From NCBI GenBank assembly GCA_004525825.1, contig SPBY01000001.1, positions 1 through 24,936 on the forward strand: a stretch of 24,936 bases of DNA, written 5' to 3'. Positions 7,356 through 16,517 of the stretch are shown in pieces. The notes below the pieces were generated by a model that was not told the DNA's origin, searched no databases, and saw only the letters and a program-made list of their open reading frames with translations. Position 1 is the first letter of the stretch, and every line of letters begins with the position of its first letter. A program made the translations under genes and the position numbers. The DNA comes from Bacteroidia bacterium (GTDB lineage: Bacteria; Bacteroidota; Bacteroidia; Bacteroidales; GCA-2748055).

Positions 7356-8567
7356 ATGATTATATTAGTACTAAACTGCGGCAGCTCTTCCATTAAGTAC
7401 CAGTTATTTAACATGGGCGAAAATGAAGAGTCGGTGATTGCCAAGGGCATAATAGAACGCATTGGTTTTACCGATGCTGTGATCTCGCACAAACCCACTG
7501 GAAAAGACAAGTACAAGGAAATCAAGCCAATCATGGACCATACTGCCGCAATCAACCTGGTCATGGCAGCCCTGGTGGATAAGGCCCACGGCGTGATAAA
7601 AAGCATTCAAGAAATAGCTGCAGTGGGTCACCGTGTAGTACAGGGTGGTGAAAAATACCTGGAGAGCGTGCTGATCACCAAGGAGGTGATCCAGGACATT
7701 GAAGCCTGTGTAGATCTGGCTCCTCTCCACAATCCGGCCAACCTGAAAGGCATTATTTCGGTGGACCACTTGCTTCCAGGAATCCCTCAGATCGCAGTAT
7801 TTGATACTTCTTTTCACCAGAGCATGCCACCCTATGCCTTTATGTATGCCATTCCTCGTGAATATTATGAGAAATACGGGGTAAGGAAATACGGGTACCA
7901 CGGCACCAGCCATAAATACGTCTATAAGAGAACCAGCCAGATCCTGGGCAAGGATACACGCGATTTGAAGGTGGTAAGCTGCCACCTGGGCAATGGAGCT
8001 TCGGTGACCGCCATAGAACATGGAAGATCGATAGATACTTCCATGGGCTTTACCCCTGTCGACGGACTGATCATGGGTACTCGGACCGGGGATATCGATC
8101 CCGGTGTATTGCTCTTCCTGGCCGACAAGGAGCACCTGAGTCTGAAAGGGATTAGCAACATGATTAACAAACGCAGTGGCATGATGGGAATCTCGGAGAT
8201 ATCTGCGGATATGCGTGACCTGGAACTGGCTTATTATGAAGGGAATGAGCGTGCCAACCTGGCTTTGACCATGTATGCCTACCGGGTGAAGAAATTCATC
8301 GGGGCCTATGCGGCCATCATGAACGGTCTCGATTGTGTGATCTTTACCGGGGGAATTGGGGAGAACGATTTCAACATCCGTCGCATGATCTGTCAGCACA
8401 TGGAATACCTGGGACTCGATTTCGATGAAATTGGGAACCATGGTGTGAAGGGGGAGGATAAGATTATCTCCAAGCCCGATTCCAGGGTGACTGCCCTGGT
8501 AGTAAAAACCAACGAAGAGCTGGTGATCGCCACAGACACTTTCAAGATCCTTAAAAAGTGCTTCTAA
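7356..8567 (+). CDS. ackA: Acetate kinase
   Basis: LVLNCGSSSIKYQ, GHRVVQGG, PLHNPAN, YGYHGTSH, CHLGNGAS, TSMGFTP, FTGGIGEN, TNEELVIA. Confidence 0.97.
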   Translation: MIILVLNCGSSSIKYQLFNMGENEESVIAKGIIERIGFTDAVISHKPTGKDKYKEIKPIMDHTAAINLVMAALVDKAHGVIKSIQEIAAVGHRVVQGGEKYLESVLITKEVIQDIEACVDLAPLHNPANLKGIISVDHLLPGIPQIAVFDTSFHQSMPPYAFMYAIPREYYEKYGVRKYGYHGTSHKYVYKRTSQILGKDTRDLKVVSCHLGNGASVTAIEHGRSIDTSMGFTPVDGLIMGTRTGDIDPGVLLFLADKEHLSLKGISNMINKRSGMMGISEISADMRDLELAYYEGNERANLALTMYAYRVKKFIGAYAAIMNGLDCVIFTGGIGENDFNIRRMICQHMEYLGLDFDEIGNHGVKGEDKIISKPDSRVTALVVKTNEELVIATDTFKILKKCF

Positions 8568-8596
8568 AGGCAAATGTGTTGAACATCATAACTGGA

Positions 8597-8630
8597 TACC
8601 CGGTTTGCGCCGGGTAATTCTTTTTCTTTG
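8597..8630 (+). terminator. Possible intrinsic terminator between ackA and ptb
   Basis: 7-bp stem TACCCGG/CCGGGTA (8597-8616) with TTTGCG loop, followed by ATTCTTTTTCTTTG. Confidence 0.5.
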
Positions 8631-8651
8631 TGGTGAATAAATGATTATAAT

Positions 8652-9581
8652 ATGCTGACAAAACTTTCACAGTTGCGCGATTTACTGGACAAAAGCCATA
8701 AACCAAAAAAACTGGTGCTGGCAGCCTCTGAAGATGCACACTCCCTGAATGCTGTGATAAATGCAGCCAAACAGAACATCATTCGTCCGGTGTTTGTAGG
8801 GGACAAGGAGAAGACTTTCGGGATGGCAGAAATCCTGAACCTGGATATTGGGAAATATGAGTTTGTGGAATCTTCACATCCCATAGATTCCATAATCATC
8901 TCTGTTAAGATGGTTCACGATGGCGCAGCCGATGTGTTGATGAAGGGGAAAGTGGGCACCTCTGACATGCTTCACGCTGTGCTGAACAAGGACTACGGTC
9001 TCCGCACAGGGAAACTCCTCTCCCATTTTGCCTATTTTGAGGTGGAGAACTACCACAAACTGATCGCAGTGACCGATGTGGCCATGAACATTGCGCCTAC
9101 TCTCACTGAGAAAATCCAGATTCTGAACAATGCTGTAATGGTCTTGAACAGCCTGGGTATAGCAAAGCCCAAAGTGGCAGTGCTGGGTGCCATCGAAAAG
9201 GTGAATACCGACATGGATGCCACCCTGGATGCGGCCCTGCTCTCGAAAATGAACCAGCGCGACCAGATTCTCAACTGCATTGTGGACGGTCCGCTCGCTT
9301 TCGATAATGCGGTCTCCCTGGAAAGTGCCAAGCATAAGGAAATCAAAAGTGATGTGGCCGGAGATACAGACCTGCTGCTGATGCCTGATATAGAGGTGGG
9401 GAATGTGCTCTACAAAACCCTGGTATTTTTTGCAAAGGCCAAAGTGGCTTCCATGATTGTGGGTGCCTCGGTACCCATTGTACTGACCTCCAGGTCCGAT
9501 TCTGAGCAGGCAAAATTCGATTCTATCGTACTGGCCGCAGTGTTTGCTGCCAACCAGGAGAAAGGCAGAATAACAGGCTAA
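8652..9581 (+). CDS. ptb: Phosphate butyryltransferase / branched-chain acyl phosphotransferase
   Basis: LMKGKVGTSDML, TDVAMNIAP, VDGPLAFDNAVS, LLMPDIEVGNVLYK, PIVLTSRSDS; adjacent to buk. Confidence 0.9.
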   Translation: MLTKLSQLRDLLDKSHKPKKLVLAASEDAHSLNAVINAAKQNIIRPVFVGDKEKTFGMAEILNLDIGKYEFVESSHPIDSIIISVKMVHDGAADVLMKGKVGTSDMLHAVLNKDYGLRTGKLLSHFAYFEVENYHKLIAVTDVAMNIAPTLTEKIQILNNAVMVLNSLGIAKPKVAVLGAIEKVNTDMDATLDAALLSKMNQRDQILNCIVDGPLAFDNAVSLESAKHKEIKSDVAGDTDLLLMPDIEVGNVLYKTLVFFAKAKVASMIVGASVPIVLTSRSDSEQAKFDSIVLAAVFAANQEKGRITG

Positions 9582-9594
9582 AAAGTGGTTTATT

Positions 9595-10680
9595 ATGGGT
9601 GCTGACTATATACTAGTAATCAATCCGGGGGCTACTTCCACCAAAATAGCGGTCTACCGCAACAATAGTTCGATTTTCTTAAAAGGCATCCGTCACGAGG
9701 GTGGCGATCTTGAAAAATTTGCGCACGCCGCAGATCAGCTCCCCTACCGGCTCAAACTGGTACTAAGCGAGGTGAAGGAGAATCATATACCCCAAGACCA
9801 GGTGGGTATGATTATTGCCAGAGGGGGTTTGATCCACCCCATCGAGTCGGGTGTGTATGAGGTGAATGAGCAAATGATTAAAGACCTTTCAGAGGGTGTA
9901 ATGGGCGAACATGCCAGCAATCTGGGGGGACTGATTGCTCACAGGCTGCTGGAAACATTTACAAAGGCTAAGGCCTTTATAGCAGACCCGGTGGTGGTGG
10001 ATGAATTGGATGAAGTGGCCAGAATCAGCGGTCATCCCCAGTTTCAGCGCACTTCCATCTTCCACGCCCTGAATCAAAAGTCTGTGGCCAGAATGCATGC
10101 CCATTCCATGGGCAGGGAGTATGAAGACATGAATCTGGTGGTGGCCCACATGGGAAGCGGGGTCTCCGTGGGGGCACATCAAAAAGGAAGGGTGGTGGAT
10201 GTGAATAACGCCCTTGATGGAGAGGGTCCTTTCGGCCCGGAACGATCAGGGACCCTGCCCAACGGGGCGCTGGCCAGGTATTGCTTCCAGGAGGGAAACT
10301 CTTGGGAAAAAGTCAGAAAAATGCTGATCGGTGAAGGGGGAATGTTTGCCTACCTGGGCCATAAGGATGCTCAGCTTTTGGAAAAAATGGCCCGTGAGGG
10401 TGATGAGGAAGCAGGACTGATCCATGCGGCCATGGCCTATCAGGTGAGCAAAGAGATTGGCGCCATGGCTGCAGCACTTTCCGGCAGCATCGACGGCATC
10501 CTGATTACCGGCGGAATGGCGCACAATCCAGGTCTGACCACTGCCATCAAAAAGCAGATCGAATTCATAGCCCCGGTATTTATCTACCCTGGTGAGGATG
10601 AAATGAGGGCGCTGGCCCACAACGGTTCCCTGCTGCTAAACGGAAAAGTCTCCGCGAAACAGTATATTGGGAAAAAATAG
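9595..10680 (+). CDS. buk: Butyrate kinase
   Basis: INPGATSTKIAVY, HASNLG, DPVVVDE, FHALNQK, GRVVDVNN, GPFGPERSG, YPGEDEMRALA. Confidence 0.95.
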   Translation: MGADYILVINPGATSTKIAVYRNNSSIFLKGIRHEGGDLEKFAHAADQLPYRLKLVLSEVKENHIPQDQVGMIIARGGLIHPIESGVYEVNEQMIKDLSEGVMGEHASNLGGLIAHRLLETFTKAKAFIADPVVVDELDEVARISGHPQFQRTSIFHALNQKSVARMHAHSMGREYEDMNLVVAHMGSGVSVGAHQKGRVVDVNNALDGEGPFGPERSGTLPNGALARYCFQEGNSWEKVRKMLIGEGGMFAYLGHKDAQLLEKMAREGDEEAGLIHAAMAYQVSKEIGAMAAALSGSIDGILITGGMAHNPGLTTAIKKQIEFIAPVFIYPGEDEMRALAHNGSLLLNGKVSAKQYIGKK

Positions 10681-10684
10681 ATAC

Positions 10685-11262
10685 ATGAAGAAGGTCCTCC
10701 TGCTGATACTCCTTTTTACCGTGTTAGCAGCTTCTCTTCAGGCCCAGGAAGAAATTCCGAGCCGCAAGGGAAAGATCTTCCTCATCCCCGAAGTCTGGCT
10801 CTCCTTCGGAACCCGGACCTATATCGAGGTAGCGCCCATGGTGGGTTACCACATAAACAACCGCCTTTCCGTGGGACTGGGGCCCCACTTTATTTACGAG
10901 TCTCAAAAAGCTTATCCTCCCTACCCTGCATACGAAACCTGGGCTTACGGTCTCAAAGGATTTGTACGTTTTGCTATCATCACCAATGCCGAGGAGTTTC
11001 TTCCCATCAAACTGTTCAGTGATTTGTTCGTGCATGTGGAGTACGAAGGACTGAGCCTTGAAAAAACCATATACATCCCCCCTATAACGATGCCGGCCGC
11101 TTTGTCTACCAGGGATTTCTGGTGGGAGGCGGTTTCTCCCAGCGGGTGGGAATGTATAACTCTGTTTCTTTCATGGTTCTTTGGGACATCAACGAATCCA
11201 CCTATTCACCCTATGCAAATCCAATTTTCAGAATAGGTTTCAACGCCTTCTTTAACAAATAA
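10685..11262 (+). pseudogene. Secreted outer-membrane beta-barrel hypothetical protein, frameshifted near 11062-11083 (authentic or sequencing error)
   Basis: Signal peptide MKKVLLLILLFTVLAASLQA|Q from ATG 10685 and alternating beta-strand pattern. The -1 frame from 11083 reads YNDAGRFVYQGFLVGGGFSQRVGMYNSVSFMVLWDINESTYSPYANPIFRIGFNAFFNK* (stop 11260-11262), a much better barrel C-terminus than the ORF-track tail. Confidence 0.8.
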
Positions 11263-11271
11263 GTTTCTTCC

Positions 11272-12585
11272 ATGGATCACTTACCTTCCCTTGAAAACTT
11301 TTCATCCAATGGCCTGGTCATCATCGGATCCTTGATCATCATCATCTCTTATCTCTTCAACCTGTTGGCCAAACGTTACAGCATACCCAGTGTGTTGCTA
11401 CTGATATTTCTTGGCCTGGGAATGAAAGGAATCGTATCGGCCACAGGGCTTAGGGTTCCCGAGCTGACCCCTATCCTGGAGGTGCTTGGGATTATCGGCT
11501 TAATCATGATCGTACTGGAAGCTTCCCTGGATCTCAAACTGGCCGGAGAGAAGAGAAAACTGATTTCAAGGGCATTCTTTACTGCCCTGGTGAACCTGTT
11601 CATCTCAACCATCCTCATCGCTCTGGTCATGATGGTTTACATCAAGGTGGACCTTACCACAGGGCTGCTTTATGCTGTTCCCTTCTCCATCATGAGTTCG
11701 GCCATCATTATCCCCAGTGTCTCGGTACTCCGCGGGGACAAAAAGGAGTTCATGATCTATGAAAGCACCTTTTCGGACATCCTGGGAATCATGCTGTTCT
11801 ATTTCCTGATCAGCAGCCTGGAGACAGAAAGTTTCGGAGAAATGAGTCTGGCCGTCCTGCTCAACCTTACCCTTACTGTATTGGTCTCGCTGGCAGCCAG
11901 CTATTTTCTCATCTTCCTCTTCCAAAAGATTCGTACTGAACTGAAGTTGTTCCTTCTGATCGCAGTTTTGATCCTGCTTTACGCACTCAGCAAGATGTTC
12001 CATCTCTCCAGCCTGCTGATCATCCTGGTGTTCGGTCTGATCCTTTCCAACAGGAACATCTTCTTCCCTGGAAAAATGAAGAAGTACCTGAATGAAGAAC
12101 ACATGGTCACCATTTTCGACAATTTTAAGATGATTACCCTGGAGTCCTCCTTTGTGGTCCGCACCTTTTTCTTTGTGATATTTGGATTTACCATCGTTTT
12201 GACCAAGTTGCTCGATCTGAAAGTATGGTTGGTGAGCATCCTGATCCTGGGAATCCTTTACGGAATCAGGTGGGCATGGTTCCGGCTGGTCATCCGTAAG
12301 GATATCTACCCTGACGTATGGATGGCTCCCAGGGGACTGATCACCATCCTGCTCTTCCACTCCATTCCTAAAAGCCTGGTGGTGGCCGAGTTCAATACGG
12401 AGATACTTTTGCTGGTAATTCTCTCCTCCAGCATTCTGATGGCTGTGTCGCTGATAAGATACCGGAAGTCAGGCCCAAAAGAGCCTGAACTGGTGGGGTC
12501 ACATACGGTCTCAGAGGCAGTCTCTGATTCAGTCTCTGATGAGATCTCAGAGGGAAACTCCTACCCTGAGGAGGACCTTCAATGA
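11272..12585 (+). CDS. Cation:proton antiporter (CPA1 / Na+/H+ exchanger family)
   Basis: About 12 TM segments; SIPSVLLLIFLG, IYESTFSDILG, APRGLITILLF motifs. Confidence 0.88.
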   Translation: MDHLPSLENFSSNGLVIIGSLIIIISYLFNLLAKRYSIPSVLLLIFLGLGMKGIVSATGLRVPELTPILEVLGIIGLIMIVLEASLDLKLAGEKRKLISRAFFTALVNLFISTILIALVMMVYIKVDLTTGLLYAVPFSIMSSAIIIPSVSVLRGDKKEFMIYESTFSDILGIMLFYFLISSLETESFGEMSLAVLLNLTLTVLVSLAASYFLIFLFQKIRTELKLFLLIAVLILLYALSKMFHLSSLLIILVFGLILSNRNIFFPGKMKKYLNEEHMVTIFDNFKMITLESSFVVRTFFFVIFGFTIVLTKLLDLKVWLVSILILGILYGIRWAWFRLVIRKDIYPDVWMAPRGLITILLFHSIPKSLVVAEFNTEILLLVILSSSILMAVSLIRYRKSGPKEPELVGSHTVSEAVSDSVSDEISEGNSYPEEDLQ

Positions 12586-12687
12586 ACAGGATGATTTAAA
12601 AATTTGTTAAATACCTCATAGGGCTTCATTTCCCTTCAGAGAAAGAGAAATAATTGCTTTCTTTGCAACTTGAAAATTTTATAGATC

Positions 12688-13287
12688 ATGATTGCTGAAA
12701 AAAATAAGGTAGTATCCATCGTCTATGAGCTTAGATCCGGATCAAAAGAGGGTGAAGTAGTTGAATCACTGAACGCAGAGAATCCACTCACTTTCCTTTT
12801 TGGAACAGGCGGACTGCTTCCCATATTTGAAGAGAACCTGAGTGGTCTGGGTAGCGGTGACAGTTTTGAATTCGAACTTGGATTGGAGGATGCCTATGGC
12901 CCGGTAGTGGAGAATGCCATTGTAGACGTTCCGCAGAGCGTATTTGAGGTGGACGGACAAATTGACGAATCGCTGATGCAGATAGGAAACATGGTCCCCA
13001 TGATGGATTCGGAAGGCAGGCGCCTGAACGGCAAAGTCATAGCGATTGAAGGAGACGCCGTTAAGATGGATTTTAACCATCCCATGGCTGGAAGTGACCT
13101 CTATTTCAAGGGCCAGGTGACTGACGTTCGTAGCGCCACCGATGAGGAACTTACTCACGGTCATGTGCACGCGACAAGTGGTTGCGGATGTGGTGGAAGC
13201 GAAAGTGGCGAATGCAATAGCGACAATTGCGAGGACGACAACTGCAAGAGCGACGGCGAAGGCGGATCCTGCGGTTGCGGCTGCTAG
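12688..13287 (+). CDS. slyD: FKBP-type peptidyl-prolyl isomerase SlyD with His/Cys-rich tail
   Basis: PLTFLFGTGGLLP, AYG, MDFNHPMAGSDLYF, VRSATDEELTHGHVH; C-terminal tail with 8 Cys. Confidence 0.93.
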   Translation: MIAEKNKVVSIVYELRSGSKEGEVVESLNAENPLTFLFGTGGLLPIFEENLSGLGSGDSFEFELGLEDAYGPVVENAIVDVPQSVFEVDGQIDESLMQIGNMVPMMDSEGRRLNGKVIAIEGDAVKMDFNHPMAGSDLYFKGQVTDVRSATDEELTHGHVHATSGCGCGGSESGECNSDNCEDDNCKSDGEGGSCGCGC

Positions 13288-13302
13288 CCCACCATGGATC
13301 TT

Positions 13303-14079
13303 CTAATCCAGTTCAAAGCGGTCCGCATCTTTCCAGACCGGGAAGGTATCCCTGTAATCCCTGAGTTTATCCAGGTCCAGCTTACAGGATAGTACGCCAG
13401 GTTGTTTGTCCATTTTACTCATGATGCTCCCCATGGGATCAATGGCACAGGTACCCCCGGTGTGCACCGTTCCCAGTCCATCCGTACCCGCCCGGTTGAC
13501 CCCAAGAAAATAGCACTGGTTCTCGATGGCCCGGGCCCTGGTAAGCACATCCCACACCTGCTGCCGGTGAGCCGGCCAATTTGCCACATTCAGAAGCACA
13601 TCATAATCCCCCTGGTTCCTGCTGAATACCGGAAATCTCAGATCGTAACAGATCTGGGGCAGAATCCTGAATTCTCCCAGGGTAACTACCTTTCTGGTAC
13701 TCCCTGGAATGAAGTGCTCATCTTCCCGGCCCAAACGAAACAGGTGTCGTTTATCATAATGGTCCTCCAGACCTTGGGGGGATACCCAGTAAAGCCTGTT
13801 GTATATCTTTTGCTTATCCCTTACAATCATGCTGCCTGAGATGTGAATTTCCTTTTCCCTGGCGATCTTTTGCATCCAGGCCAGCGCCTTCCCGTCCGCT
13901 CCTTCGGCAAAGCGATCCGACTGCATGGTGAATCCCGTTGAAAAAGTTTCGGGCAGAGCCACCAGGTCGGTTCCCGGAGGTACCTGCTCCAACATCCGGT
14001 CCATCAGTTCCAGGTTGGCATCAATTTCTTCCCAGACCAGATCGGCCTGGACCAGGCTCACATTCAGTTGCTTCTTCAT
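13303..14079 (-). CDS. Nitrilase-superfamily amidohydrolase (omega-amidase YafV/Nit2-like)
   Basis: Catalytic triad motifs LPETF (E), YDKRHLF (K), ICYDLRFP (C); ARAIENQCY. Confidence 0.9.
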   Translation of the reverse strand: MKKQLNVSLVQADLVWEEIDANLELMDRMLEQVPPGTDLVALPETFSTGFTMQSDRFAEGADGKALAWMQKIAREKEIHISGSMIVRDKQKIYNRLYWVSPQGLEDHYDKRHLFRLGREDEHFIPGSTRKVVTLGEFRILPQICYDLRFPVFSRNQGDYDVLLNVANWPAHRQQVWDVLTRARAIENQCYFLGVNRAGTDGLGTVHTGGTCAIDPMGSIMSKMDKQPGVLSCKLDLDKLRDYRDTFPVWKDADRFELD

Positions 14080-14164
14080 ATTGATGTTTTACACCCATGT
14101 AAAGCTAGCAGCTTTCTGTTAATGATACAATTATCAACACTTATTGTACAGGCTTCCATTTATA

Positions 14165-14214
14165 TTAACTTAACATTAAATTAATGTTAGGTGTCTGATT
14201 AAACCCTATTTTTG
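14165..14214 (+). promoter_or_regulatory. Phosphate-transporter promoter: -7 box TATTTTTG (14207-14214) with an upstream operator-like element
   Basis: Perfect dyad TAACATTAA-A-TTAATGTTA (14171-14189) over the -33 position; TTAR repeats at an 11-bp period (14165, 14176, 14187). Confidence 0.6.
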
Positions 14215-14239
14215 AAGCTAAATCTAACTTTTACTTCCC

Positions 14240-16504
14240 ATGGAAACGTATTACATTCTCATCGTTGGTGTATTGTTTCTTCTGGCCATTTCTGACCTGA
14301 TTGTAGGGGTTAGCAATGATGCCGTAAACTTCCTTAATTCTGCCATTGGCTCCAAAGCAGCCCCCTTTAAAATCATTCTGGCCATAGCCGCTGCAGGGGT
14401 GCTTGTGGGAGCGGTATTCTCCAATGGGATGATGGAAGTGGCCCGTAAGGGGATTTTCAATCCTGAATTTTTCGCCTTCAAAGAGATCATGGTCATTTTC
14501 CTGGCTGTGATGCTCACGGACATCCTGCTGCTCGATTTCTTCAACACCATAGGTTTGCCTACTTCGACCACTGTATCCATTGTATTTGAGATCCTGGGAT
14601 CGGCCGTGGCTGTTTCACTATACAAAATTACCAGAAGCAGCGAAGTCGCTTATGAAATGAGCGACTACATCAATGTGGAAAAAACAGTGATGATTATTGT
14701 AGGCATCTTCCTTTCCGTGGTCATTGCTTTTTCGGTGGGTATGATCATCCAATGGATAGTCAGGCTCGCCTTCTCGTTTAATGTGAATAAATCGCATAAA
14801 TACTGGACAGGTCTTTGGGGCGGTTTTGCCATTACCGCCATTCTCTATTTCCTGTTAATCAAAGGGGCCAAGGGATCCACCCTGGTTTCGGCCGAAATGC
14901 TGACTTTCATTAAGGCTCACACCACCAGGATTTTGTTGATCAGTTTTGTGGGCTGGACCGTACTTTTCCAGTTGCTGAGCCTCTTTACCCGGATCAACAT
15001 ACTGAAAATCACCGTACTCGTAGGTACATTTGCCCTGGCCATGGCCTTTGCCGGGAACGACCTGGTAAATTTCATCGGGGTCCCCCTGGCTGGTTTTGAA
15101 TCCTTCAAAGCTTTTATGGCTTCGGGGAGTGCTGAACCGGGTAGTTTCCTGATGAGCGCCTTGCGCGAACCCGTAAATACCCCCATTTATTTCCTGATTG
15201 CTGCGGGTTTGATCATGGTACTAACTCTGCGCTTCTCCAAAAAAGCGAAAACGGTGACTGCCACCACCATTGATTTGAGCAGACAGAGTGAAGGCTCTGA
15301 GCGTTTTGACTCCTCGTCCCTGGCCAGGTTCCTTGTCAGAAGGTCAATAGAGATGAGCAACGGTTTCGCAAAGATCAGTCCCCCTGCTGTCACACGATTT
15401 ATTCAGACCCGTTTCGATGCAGAAAGTCACCGCGATGAGAAGAAGACGGGCCTGGCCTTTGACCTGGTTCGGGCTTCGGTAAACCTGGTGGTGGCAAGTA
15501 TACTGCTTGCCCTAGGTACCTCCCTAAAACTCCCCCTCTCCACCACCTATGTAACCTTTATGGTGGCTATGGGAACCTCACTGGCCGACGGTGCCTGGGG
15601 CAGGGAGAGTGCTGTCTACCGCATTACAGGTGTATTAACAGTCATTGGTGGCTGGTTCTTTACTGCCTTCAGCGCTTTCCTGGCTTCCTTCCTGATCGCT
15701 TCGCTGATCTTCTTTGGGAAATTGCCGGTGATCCTGATCCTTATTGCATTATCCATCTTCATACTTCTTAGAACCCATGCCTTCCACAAAAGAAGAACAG
15801 AGAAGAAGGAGCAGATCGAAGGTAAGATCATTACCGCTTCCTACGAGGTACTCAAGTCCTGTGATGATGAGGTTAGGAGCTCCATCCTTAAAGTATCCAA
15901 GATACTCTACCTGACCTATACCAACCTGTTCAAGGAAAAACATAAGGAACTTAAAAACCTGAAGAAGGAGACCAAGCATCTTAGCAAAGACATCAAACGG
16001 ATCCAGGAGGCCATTCCTGAGACCCTGCAGAAATTCAAAGTGAACGAGCTTGCCAGTGGTCATCACTACGTCCAGGTGGTGGACTATATGAAAGAAATGT
16101 GCAACTCACTGATGCACATTGTACAGCCTGCCTTCAACCACCTGGATAACAACCATTCTATGGACAAGGAGCAGATCGATGCCCTGAAAAACTTCAATGA
16201 GAAAGCCAGTGAATTCTTCAATTTCCTCATAAATATATTGACGAACAGGAATTACGACAGCATTGATGAACTGGTGCAGCGCCGGGACGAAATGATCGGT
16301 CTGGTCAACGTTATTCTGCTCAACCGAATCAAGCTATTGAAGAAAACCCAGAAAGGGGTTAAGTTGAGTGTCACTTACATAGAGATGCTATCCGAAACTA
16401 AGAACCTGTTCCTCAATGTGGTACAACTGGTAAAAGCAGACGCACTGCTGCAGGATTCTCTGGGTAAAAGTGAGGGGGACATAGAATTGCAGATCCTGAA
16501 TTAG
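14240..16504 (+). CDS. Inorganic phosphate transporter (PiT family) with a long helical, PhoU-like cytoplasmic C-terminus
   Basis: Two PiT signature repeats (VSNDAVNFL, AGNDLVNFIG) plus LPTSTT/LPLSTT; the last ~240 aa are soluble and helical. Confidence 0.88.
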   Translation: METYYILIVGVLFLLAISDLIVGVSNDAVNFLNSAIGSKAAPFKIILAIAAAGVLVGAVFSNGMMEVARKGIFNPEFFAFKEIMVIFLAVMLTDILLLDFFNTIGLPTSTTVSIVFEILGSAVAVSLYKITRSSEVAYEMSDYINVEKTVMIIVGIFLSVVIAFSVGMIIQWIVRLAFSFNVNKSHKYWTGLWGGFAITAILYFLLIKGAKGSTLVSAEMLTFIKAHTTRILLISFVGWTVLFQLLSLFTRINILKITVLVGTFALAMAFAGNDLVNFIGVPLAGFESFKAFMASGSAEPGSFLMSALREPVNTPIYFLIAAGLIMVLTLRFSKKAKTVTATTIDLSRQSEGSERFDSSSLARFLVRRSIEMSNGFAKISPPAVTRFIQTRFDAESHRDEKKTGLAFDLVRASVNLVVASILLALGTSLKLPLSTTYVTFMVAMGTSLADGAWGRESAVYRITGVLTVIGGWFFTAFSAFLASFLIASLIFFGKLPVILILIALSIFILLRTHAFHKRRTEKKEQIEGKIITASYEVLKSCDDEVRSSILKVSKILYLTYTNLFKEKHKELKNLKKETKHLSKDIKRIQEAIPETLQKFKVNELASGHHYVQVVDYMKEMCNSLMHIVQPAFNHLDNNHSMDKEQIDALKNFNEKASEFFNFLINILTNRNYDSIDELVQRRDEMIGLVNVILLNRIKLLKKTQKGVKLSVTYIEMLSETKNLFLNVVQLVKADALLQDSLGKSEGDIELQILN

Positions 16505-16517
16505 CAGGGAACAGGCT

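Noticed and set aside
10667-10684. ORF-track start overlapping the buk 3' end
   Set aside because: ATG 10685 gives a canonical MKK signal peptide and removes the overlap
12508-12555. Four degenerate 12-bp repeats in the antiporter tail (VSEA-VSDS-VSDE-ISEG)
   Set aside because: In-frame low-complexity acidic tail, most simply a disordered extension; no sign of phase variation
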